From Victivallales bacterium (GTDB taxonomy: Bacteria; Verrucomicrobiota; Lentisphaeria; Victivallales; GWF2-38-69), in assembly GCA_965228125.1 (NCBI GenBank), contig OZ245791.1, forward strand, positions 961,596 through 1,025,595: a stretch of DNA of 64,000 nt, read 5' to 3'. Made by a program: the position numbers and the translations under genes. Shown here piece after piece: positions 20,274 to 27,793 of this stretch. Below the pieces are notes generated by a model. That model ran no database searches. It had not been told where the DNA came from and was given only the letters and a program-made list of their open reading frames with translations. Numbering within the stretch: position 1 is the first letter of the stretch; each line of letters starts with the position of its first letter.

Positions 20274-21161
20274 ATGCTGTTAGATTTTTTAAATCCTATC
20301 AAATACAGAGAACCTCTTTTCAGGCCCCCTTCAGAAGCTGGAAGCCTTATTTTCCAAATTTCCTACGGTTGCCCCCACAATAAGTGCCTGTTCTGCCCTA
20401 TGTACAAAGACATAAAGCATGAAGTCCGGCCGTTAGATGAAGTGCTAAACGAAATAGGCCGGATTGCGACAAGTCATAGAACCGAATCCCGAATATTTCT
20501 GGCTGACGGCGATGTAATGAATTTGGACTATTCTTATCTCAAAGAGTTGTTTGGCAAACTAAATTCTTCATTTCCCAGGCTGGCTAGAATCTCAATGTAC
20601 GCAAATGGCTCGTCTATAAACAAAAAAAGCGTTGACGAATTGAAAGAACTTAAATCCCTAAAACTCAATACGCTCTACATGGGATTGGAAAGTGGTGACG
20701 AAAAATTACTGAATTTGGTTAAGAAAGGAGAAACAGTTCAGGAAATGACTGATTCTGTAACCAAAGCTCAGAATGTTGGCATCAGGATGTGCGTATTTGC
20801 CTTATTGGGACTTGGCGGAACGCAATTTTCAAAATCTCACGCCGAACTAACCGCAAAGGCCATCAATAACATGTCGCCGAAATTCTTTGCTTTGTTAAGG
20901 TTCATACGAGTTCCCGGGACAAAATTGTATGATGGTTATCAACCTCTTTCCGAACACGATTCAGTAAAAGAACTTTCCTTAATAATCAAAAAGTTGAATT
21001 TACCATCGACTGTATTCAGGGCCGATCATACTTCTGTTCCAGTCCCGCTTTCGGCCAGATTCCCCAAAGACAAGGAAAAATTACTCGCTTATTTAGATTC
21101 TCTTCTAAAAAGTGCCGCATTAAATAAAGTTTCGGAAGGCATTCTTCCTGATTCTCTTTGA
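20274..21161 (+). CDS. Radical SAM-type protein with non-canonical CX4CX2C cluster motif
   Basis: 295 aa from ATG 20274; the track TTG start at 20238 runs through the rplU terminator. FRPPSEAGSLIFQISYGCPHNKCLFCPMY, followed by a TIM-barrel-like GD/GLESG pattern. Confidence 0.7.
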   Translation: MLLDFLNPIKYREPLFRPPSEAGSLIFQISYGCPHNKCLFCPMYKDIKHEVRPLDEVLNEIGRIATSHRTESRIFLADGDVMNLDYSYLKELFGKLNSSFPRLARISMYANGSSINKKSVDELKELKSLKLNTLYMGLESGDEKLLNLVKKGETVQEMTDSVTKAQNVGIRMCVFALLGLGGTQFSKSHAELTAKAINNMSPKFFALLRFIRVPGTKLYDGYQPLSEHDSVKELSLIIKKLNLPSTVFRADHTSVPVPLSARFPKDKEKLLAYLDSLLKSAALNKVSEGILPDSL

Positions 21162-21221
21162 TAATAATACAGTTGTTAATAAAGTAATTGTATTTGGCTT
21201 AAACATGACTTTTCTATATTT

Positions 21222-22061
21222 ATGGATAATGACATTCAATTGACATTCGAATTCATGAAAGATTTCTCTCCGCCCCCTTCCAAAGAAAAAGTCAAGAAAA
21301 AATACAAACATGAGATTTCCAATACCACAGAAAAAGATTTAAGGCGGAGCGTTATTGCCTGGATTCTGAAGTCAAAGCCGTCGGGATTGGGGTATACCGT
21401 CCCCACCAGAATAGTAAAATATAAAGCAGGAATCGCCGCTTTTTGGGCCAGAAGTGAAACTAAAAAAGGAAAGAAAACCCTATTCCCATGCAAGACTGCA
21501 ATAATAGAAATAAGGACTGAGAAAGATAATTGCATCGCAGAGTGCGGAAACAATAGCGATATAAAAAAATCACTGATGATGGAAAAAGAAAGAAAAAGCG
21601 GATTGGAAGCTCAGATCAGAAATTCTGAGCCAGAGCTTAAATTGACAGACAATCTGTTTTCTGATATAGAATCATGGGATTATCACAGAACAAAAAATCA
21701 TGACTATTCCAGATGCTGCTTAAAAATAGAAAAGCTCGAGCGCGCTTTGAATAAAGGCAGCCGGTTTGAACGAATCAGGCAGTCATTACTAGCTGATTAT
21801 CTTTATCTTGCAGTACCAAAAGGAGTAACAACTCCCCAAAAGCTGGTTGATGGATGGGGACTTCTCTATATTAATGAAGATTTATCTGTGGATTTAGTTT
21901 CTCCGCCTGAAAATTGGAACTGCCCCTTGGAAAACAAACTTCACCTTGTTCAGAATATCGCCAAATCAAATATACCGGTGATATGTTTTGCCAATGGACT
22001 AAACTTAGATAAAAATGGCACTTCTAAATTCTTAAGAATCCCTAGGAAAAGAAGAAGCTGA
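21222..22061 (+). CDS. Hypothetical protein, possibly a divergent MmcB-like / PD-(D/E)XK-fold protein with a central insertion
   Basis: 279 aa. KAGIAAFWA...TAIIEIRTEKDN...LADYLYLAVPKGV...GWGLLYINED resembles the MmcB-like motif order as I recall it. No obvious SD. Confidence 0.55.
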   Translation: MDNDIQLTFEFMKDFSPPPSKEKVKKKYKHEISNTTEKDLRRSVIAWILKSKPSGLGYTVPTRIVKYKAGIAAFWARSETKKGKKTLFPCKTAIIEIRTEKDNCIAECGNNSDIKKSLMMEKERKSGLEAQIRNSEPELKLTDNLFSDIESWDYHRTKNHDYSRCCLKIEKLERALNKGSRFERIRQSLLADYLYLAVPKGVTTPQKLVDGWGLLYINEDLSVDLVSPPENWNCPLENKLHLVQNIAKSNIPVICFANGLNLDKNGTSKFLRIPRKRRS

Positions 22062-22264
22062 AACTTTACCTTTTATAACCCTTTTCAACATCATTAAATA
22101 CTATCTGTACCATTGTCTCAGAAGAATAAATCTTTCTTTATTTTAGAAATATGATTTTTTTTATTTTTCAGCTAGTGATTTTTTTTTTCGATTAGTTAGA
22201 CTATTGATTAAATGTGGTATTTTGCGCTTTCACTTAACAATAATATAAAGGAATCCAAAAGGTT

Positions 22265-23722
22265 ATGAAGATGAATTTATTTAAGGCGTCTATCGTTGCT
22301 CTAACCTGTCTTGCGGTTGGAGCATGCTCAACAACTGTCGTAAATAACTCAAAAGAACTCCAAGCACAAAAGCAACTTGAAGCAAAAGGTGTTGCATACA
22401 ATACCTCTAACTTCATTTCCAGCGCAGGTGCAGGCGACATGGACAGCGTAAAGCTTTTCTTAGAAGGCGGAATGGATATTAATGCCTATTTCAGCAGCAC
22501 AGCCCTCTCCGCTGCTTCTTCAAATGGAAAGGTAGATGTCGTAAGATATCTTCTTCAAAATGGCGCTAACCCAAATATAGAAACTTACTATGGTACAGCC
22601 TTGGTAGTAGCAGTTAAGAATGCAAAAAATCTTGAGATAGTGAACTTGCTTCTTGCTGCAAAGGCTAACCCCAATGCCACATCGTCAGACGGCCATAGTG
22701 TTCTTTCTGTAGCAGCATTCACTGGCAATCCTGAAATAATTACAGCTCTTGTAAATGCAGGTGCAAATGTCAACTATATGCATCCTGTAACAGGCGCTAC
22801 TCCTCTCTCAGTAGCCGCCTATTATGGGCAAAAAGATGCCGTCTTAGCATTAATCAAGTCTGGCGCAAATGTAAACTACGTTGACAACAGAAAAATGTCC
22901 ATTCTTGACTGGTCACAGATAAGCTCATTTGACGATATTTCTAAAATACTTATAGAAAATGGAGCCTCTTTGAATCCTCTTAATACTGATGCCGTACCAG
23001 TTGCCATGATTGCTGCGTTGGCACACCAAGACACTGAAATGGTTAGTTACCTTATAGGAAAAGGCGTAAGTGTAAATGGATTGGCTTTTGGAAAGATGCC
23101 TATACTTACATGGTGCGCAAAAAATGGCTTGCAACAATCAGGAATAGAGTTAATAAAACTTGGTGCCGATACTTCAAGCAAGGATAAAGTTTCAGGTTCA
23201 ACTGCACTGGATTTCGCTATAATGCTTGGTGAAACAGATCTTGCAAAGGCTTTAGACCCTTCAGTCAATATATCCGCTGTTTCAGCTAATGCTGCAGCTG
23301 ATCCTAACTTGAGGCCACAGAAAGAAGTAATACAAGATTATGTTAATAACCAATACTATCAGGGTAGTGGTGCTGCAGGCGGGGGAATGGATTATGTAGC
23401 AGCCATTTCTGACACAAGCTATAAAGCAGATGTGCCAGCTGCAACAACTCCCGCACCAGCAATGCCAGTTAACCCTCCTTCAGTACAGAAGTTTGATGAT
23501 ACTCTTGCTGATCAAGTCAATTCTAATAGCATAGCAGACGATCTCAAAACTGATCCTGTATTTAAGAATGATGCCACACCAAACAGTCCTCTTGACTCAA
23601 GCTCGAGCGGCTCTTCTTTCCAGGATTTTGACAGCCAGATATCTAATGATATGAACTCTATTGACACATCCCTCAATAAAGCTCCTTCAACGGCAACTCC
23701 GCCGCCGGCTGATCAAAAGTAA
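22265..23722 (+). CDS. Ankyrin-repeat lipoprotein with disordered Pro/Ser/Asp-rich C-terminal tail
   Basis: 485 aa. Lipobox LAVGAC. Repeated G.TAL..A...G....V..LL..GA..N units across about 300 aa. The last ~130 aa are low complexity. Confidence 0.8.
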   Translation: MKMNLFKASIVALTCLAVGACSTTVVNNSKELQAQKQLEAKGVAYNTSNFISSAGAGDMDSVKLFLEGGMDINAYFSSTALSAASSNGKVDVVRYLLQNGANPNIETYYGTALVVAVKNAKNLEIVNLLLAAKANPNATSSDGHSVLSVAAFTGNPEIITALVNAGANVNYMHPVTGATPLSVAAYYGQKDAVLALIKSGANVNYVDNRKMSILDWSQISSFDDISKILIENGASLNPLNTDAVPVAMIAALAHQDTEMVSYLIGKGVSVNGLAFGKMPILTWCAKNGLQQSGIELIKLGADTSSKDKVSGSTALDFAIMLGETDLAKALDPSVNISAVSANAAADPNLRPQKEVIQDYVNNQYYQGSGAAGGGMDYVAAISDTSYKADVPAATTPAPAMPVNPPSVQKFDDTLADQVNSNSIADDLKTDPVFKNDATPNSPLDSSSSGSSFQDFDSQISNDMNSIDTSLNKAPSTATPPPADQK

Positions 23723-23747
23723 CCAATACATTCTTATCCACAGAAAA

Positions 23748-23775
23748 ATGCCGCTCAAACGAGCGGCATTTTTTA
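23748..23775 (+). terminator. Rho-independent terminator
   Basis: Perfect 9-bp stem ATGCCGCTC / GAGCGGCAT, loop AAAC, then TTTTTT. Confidence 0.85.
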
Positions 23776-23862
23776 TTGCTTTCAAAGATTGAAGCTAGAT
23801 ATGTCTTATGCTATTCTTAGCCATTGAGTAACTTTACATAATAAAACTAACCTAAATATCTA

Positions 23863-24714
23863 ATGAATACTATTCTAGAAAAAAGACACCTTTCAGAAAA
23901 TGTTTGCCTTATGGAAATAACTTCACCACTCATTTCAAACGAATGCAAAGCAGGACAATTTATTATTCTCTCACTGGATAATGATTTCGCTGAAAGAATA
24001 CCTCTTACAATAGCTGACTCAAATCCGGAAAAAGGAACAATTACTATTATTTTTCAAGTTGTAGGGAAAACAACATTTGAACTCGCACAACTCTCTGTAG
24101 GAGCAAAGATAGTAAATCTTCTGGGCCCCTTGGGCAAACCTACACATATAGACAAATTTGGGAAAGTTGTTTGCGTGGGAGGAGGAATAGGAGTAGCTCC
24201 TTCCCACCCGATAGCAAAGGCAATGAAAAAAGCAGGAAACGAACTTAAAGTCATCATCGGAGCCAGATCAAAAGACCTCATTATTTATGAGGATGAGATG
24301 AGAAAACTTGCGGATGAACTCATCATCTGCACTGATGACGGCTCCTACGGGCGCAAAGCTATAGTTACCGAACCACTGAAAGAATTATGTTTATCCTGGA
24401 AGCCGGACATGGTTATAGCAATAGGCCCCGGCATAATGATGAAGTTCTGTGCAGAAACTACCAGACCTTTTGCAATACCTACCTTAGTTTCTCTCAACAC
24501 CATAATGGTTGACGGCACAGGGATGTGCGGCGGCTGCAGAGTTACTGTGGGAGGCAAAACCAAATTCGTTTGCGTCGATGGTCCTGAATTTGATGGGCAT
24601 AAGGTAGATTTTGATAACATGATGGCACGACTTCAAGCCTATAAAGAAATCGAAACTGAGTCATATCATAAATGCAAATTAGACGCTGCCATACAGAGAG
24701 GATCAAAAAAATGA
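23863..24714 (+). CDS. nfnA: NfnA-type FAD/[2Fe-2S] subunit (sulfide/dihydroorotate dehydrogenase-like; small subunit of NADH-dependent ferredoxin:NADP+ oxidoreductase)
   Basis: 283 aa. Ferredoxin-reductase fold (GQFIILS, RIPLTIAD, GGGIGVAP) with C-terminal Cys cluster MCGGCRV...FVCVDGP. Confidence 0.75.
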   Translation: MNTILEKRHLSENVCLMEITSPLISNECKAGQFIILSLDNDFAERIPLTIADSNPEKGTITIIFQVVGKTTFELAQLSVGAKIVNLLGPLGKPTHIDKFGKVVCVGGGIGVAPSHPIAKAMKKAGNELKVIIGARSKDLIIYEDEMRKLADELIICTDDGSYGRKAIVTEPLKELCLSWKPDMVIAIGPGIMMKFCAETTRPFAIPTLVSLNTIMVDGTGMCGGCRVTVGGKTKFVCVDGPEFDGHKVDFDNMMARLQAYKEIETESYHKCKLDAAIQRGSKK

Positions 24715-26204
24715 GTAACAAACACTTTAATATTAATGAGTTAAATTCTATTGCCAAAGAGTGCTTACTTAAATTAAACTCCTGCAGCAACCAATTATCA
24801 CCTAAGGATAGATTGTCTATCCCTGTTCAGGAAATGCCTTCACAAGACCCCATGGTTAGGCAGAATAATACTAATGAAGTTGCTATAGGATATACAGAGA
24901 ATCAAGCAAAAGTTGAGGCTTTAAGATGCCTTCAATGCAAAAATGCTCCATGTGTTAAAGGATGCCCTGTACAGATAGATATACCTGGTTTTATTGCCGA
25001 GATAGCTTCAGGAAACTTTCAGAAAGCAATAGATATTATAAAGAAAACCAGCTTACTACCTGCAATTTGCGGAAGAGTTTGTCCACAGGAGGTCCAATGC
25101 CAAATGTACTGCACTGTGGGAAAAAGCAATAAGGATGTTTTGAAATCTGTTGCAGTTGGAAGACTCGAACGCTTTGTATCCGATTTGGAACGTAAAAAAG
25201 GAAATATAAAATCTCCCCAAGTAAAGTCAGACACATCTAAAAAAATTGCCATAATAGGCAGCGGCCCTGCAGGCCTTGTAGTAGCTGCCGATGTCAGAAG
25301 AGAAGGTCATAAAGTTACTATCTTTGAAGCTTTCCACAAAACAGGAGGAGTAATGACATATGGAATTCCGGAATTCCGTCTTCCTAAAGCCATTGTTCAG
25401 GCTGAAATTGATACACTTATGGCAATGGGTGTTGAAATTAAGACCAATTTTGTAGTAGGCAAAACCAGAAAATTATCCGATCTGATAGAAAAAGACGGAT
25501 ATGATGCCGTATTTATTGGGACAGGAGCAGGCTTGCCTAAGTTTATGAATATTGAGGGCGAAAACATGGTTGGCGTATATTCTGCAAATGAATTTTTAAC
25601 ACGCGCCAATCTGATGAAGGCTTATATGCGTGGAGTAGCAGCTACTCCTATTGCAATGTCAAAGAAAGTCGCCGTAGTCGGTGGCGGCAATGTAGCAATG
25701 GATGCTGCCAGAACTGCTATAAGATTAGGAGCAAAAGAAGTTCATATAATATATAGAAGAACAGAAAAAGAAATGCCGGCCAGAGTTGAAGAAGTGCTCC
25801 ACGCTAAAGAAGAAGGAATAACATTCCATCTTCTGGTAAACCCCAAAAGGATATTGGGAGACAAAAAAGCATCTGCTATTGAATGTCTCAGATATCAACT
25901 GGGCGAGCCTGACGATTCAGGCAGACGCAGGCCTGTTGAAATCCCTGGAAGCGAATTTACCATGGAAGTTGACACCGTAATTATCGCTATCGGAAATGAT
26001 TCAAATCCTCTCATTTCCCAAACAACACCAGGTCTTAAATGCAACAAATGGGGCAACATCATTGTTGATGAAAATTGTAAGACATCTATGGACAGAGTTT
26101 ACGCTGGTGGAGACATCGTCCTCGGAGCAGCGACTGTCATTCTGGCAATGGGACAAGGCAGAATAGCCGCCACTTCAATAAATAAACTGTTATCAGAAAA
26201 ATAA
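24711..26204 (+). CDS. nfnB: NfnB / GltD-like NADPH-dependent subunit (two [4Fe-4S], FAD)
   Basis: 497 aa from ATG 24711 (ATGA overlap with nfnA; the track start at 24672 is an upstream extension). CLQCKNAPCVKGCP, CGRVCPQEVQC, IAIIGSGPAGL, VAVVGGGNVAMD. Confidence 0.75.
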   Translation: MSNKHFNINELNSIAKECLLKLNSCSNQLSPKDRLSIPVQEMPSQDPMVRQNNTNEVAIGYTENQAKVEALRCLQCKNAPCVKGCPVQIDIPGFIAEIASGNFQKAIDIIKKTSLLPAICGRVCPQEVQCQMYCTVGKSNKDVLKSVAVGRLERFVSDLERKKGNIKSPQVKSDTSKKIAIIGSGPAGLVVAADVRREGHKVTIFEAFHKTGGVMTYGIPEFRLPKAIVQAEIDTLMAMGVEIKTNFVVGKTRKLSDLIEKDGYDAVFIGTGAGLPKFMNIEGENMVGVYSANEFLTRANLMKAYMRGVAATPIAMSKKVAVVGGGNVAMDAARTAIRLGAKEVHIIYRRTEKEMPARVEEVLHAKEEGITFHLLVNPKRILGDKKASAIECLRYQLGEPDDSGRRRPVEIPGSEFTMEVDTVIIAIGNDSNPLISQTTPGLKCNKWGNIIVDENCKTSMDRVYAGGDIVLGAATVILAMGQGRIAATSINKLLSEK

Positions 26205-26215
26205 AATTGCCCTGA

Positions 26216-26680
26216 ATGAAATCTCTGATCAATGTTAGACTAGCCGTACCTCAGGATGTTTTGGCCATTATAAATTTCAACAAAGCAATGGCATGGGAAA
26301 CTGAAAAGAAAGAACTAAACGATGAACTTCTTTTCTCTGGAGTTAAACGAGTTTTGGACAGCAAAGCAGAAGCTTTTTATTTAGTCGCCACAACTTCCGA
26401 ACAAATCATCGCTTCTTTAATGGTCACAAAAGAATGGTCTGATTGGAGAAATGCTTTTATATGGTGGATTCAAAGCGTTTATGTTCTTCCACAATACAGA
26501 AGGCTTGGGGTATACAGTAAACTTTATTCCAAAGTTAAAGAACTTGGAAGGCAGTCTGACTGCTGTGGATTCAGACTCTATGTAGAAAAAAATAATTCTT
26601 CGGCACAAACGACCTATTCCAATGCAGGAATGTGTCAATCACACTATTTGATTTATGAGGAAATGCTAAATGAAAAATAA
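26216..26680 (+). CDS. GNAT-family N-acetyltransferase
   Basis: 154 aa. Motif A IQSVYVLPQYRRLGVYSKLY. Confidence 0.8.
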   Translation: MKSLINVRLAVPQDVLAIINFNKAMAWETEKKELNDELLFSGVKRVLDSKAEAFYLVATTSEQIIASLMVTKEWSDWRNAFIWWIQSVYVLPQYRRLGVYSKLYSKVKELGRQSDCCGFRLYVEKNNSSAQTTYSNAGMCQSHYLIYEEMLNEK

Positions 26681-27461
26681 AATCTCTACTATTCTGGAAA
26701 GCTTCAGGAATAATGAAATCACCGCAGAGGCTGCGTGCTCTATATTATCGGGAATCAATGAATCAGTTTTATTGAATGGTGAAATCAGACTTGATGAATC
26801 ACGGAATGAAAGATGCGGTTTCCCCGAATTCATTTTTGGAGAGAATAAAACCCGAGAACAGCTCACCAAAATAATATGCTCCCTTTTTGAACGAGATAAA
26901 GACATACTGGTTACCAGAGTTAAAGAAGAAGATTTTAACTTTCTCTCTTCAAATATTTCCTCTCAGGTAAAATATGACAGATTAGGAAGAACTATATATT
27001 ATTTTTCTCCTTCCACCTTGGAAAAACTAAAAACACAGAAAGCCAAAGTGGCTATCCTAAGTGCCGGATCAAGCGACAGCGCAGTAGCAATGGAAACAAA
27101 ATACACTATCGAAATCTGTGGTTATAAAACAGAACTCTTCATGGACATTGGCGTAGCAGGAATTCACAGGCTGATGGGAAAAATCGACAGGATAAGGGAG
27201 TTTGATGCGCTCGTAGTAATAGCAGGAATGGAAGGTGCATTGCCTAGCGTAGTAGGAGGACTGGTTTCTATCCCTGTCATAGCGGTCCCGACTAGCGTGG
27301 GATACGGGGCTTCTCTAGGAGGAATAACAGCAATGTTTTCTATGTTAAATAGTTGCTCTAACGGCATTACTGTTGTTAATATCGACAACGGATTTGGCGC
27401 AGGATGTGCTGCAGCAAGAATTCTCAACACTATAAATACTAAAAGAAAAAGTATTTTATAA
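26670..27461 (+). CDS. larB: LarB, nickel-pincer (NPN) cofactor biosynthesis NaAD carboxylase/hydrolase (PurE-like)
   Basis: 263 aa. N-terminal helical LarB-specific region, then PurE-like KVAILSAGSSDSAVA...GIHRL...VVIAGMEGALPSVVGG...VIAVPTSVGYG. 11-nt overlap with the GNAT gene; GAGGAA RBS. Confidence 0.85.
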   Translation: MKNKISTILESFRNNEITAEAACSILSGINESVLLNGEIRLDESRNERCGFPEFIFGENKTREQLTKIICSLFERDKDILVTRVKEEDFNFLSSNISSQVKYDRLGRTIYYFSPSTLEKLKTQKAKVAILSAGSSDSAVAMETKYTIEICGYKTELFMDIGVAGIHRLMGKIDRIREFDALVVIAGMEGALPSVVGGLVSIPVIAVPTSVGYGASLGGITAMFSMLNSCSNGITVVNIDNGFGAGCAAARILNTINTKRKSIL

Positions 27462-27621
27462 ATGTAGCTTTTACTCTGTTTGTCTGAAGAGATTTCTCTA
27501 GAACAGGAGTAGATGCATTAGCCAAAAAGCGATTTAACCAAATATCTGAACTATTTATATCAGAGCCATGTTCTTAGTTTTCTTGCAAAATTAATGATCA
27601 TCACGCTTCTTCGAATTTTCT

Positions 27622-27671
27622 ATCAACTAAATCGGCCAGACAATCAACTTTACGTTTTTGGCAAATCAACT
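27622..27671 (+). repeat. Three direct ATCAACT heptamers phased at 21-22 bp upstream of the chitinase gene
   Basis: ATCAACT at 27622-27628, 27643-27649 and 27665-27671, which is 123-172 nt upstream of ATG 27794. Confidence 0.5.
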
Positions 27672-27793
27672 CGACATAATAGTAAAATATTAAGGTTTAT
27701 GAATAAGCTGGCGGCATTTTAACCAATTTTCAGGCTAAATTATAAGTGAAGTTATAAAACAATTTGCATAATTTAAAGTTCAAGGAGGAAAAT

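Noticed and set aside
24672-24710. ORF-track 5' extensions: 24672 (nfnB), 41536 (hisB), 27764 (chitinase), 20238 (radical SAM), 37197 (TGase), 38442 (larC) and 47875 (priA).
   Set aside because: In each case a downstream ATG/TTG has a properly spaced SD and/or gives the conserved N-terminus. The extension overlaps the preceding gene or a terminator. Coordinates were adjusted in the feature list.
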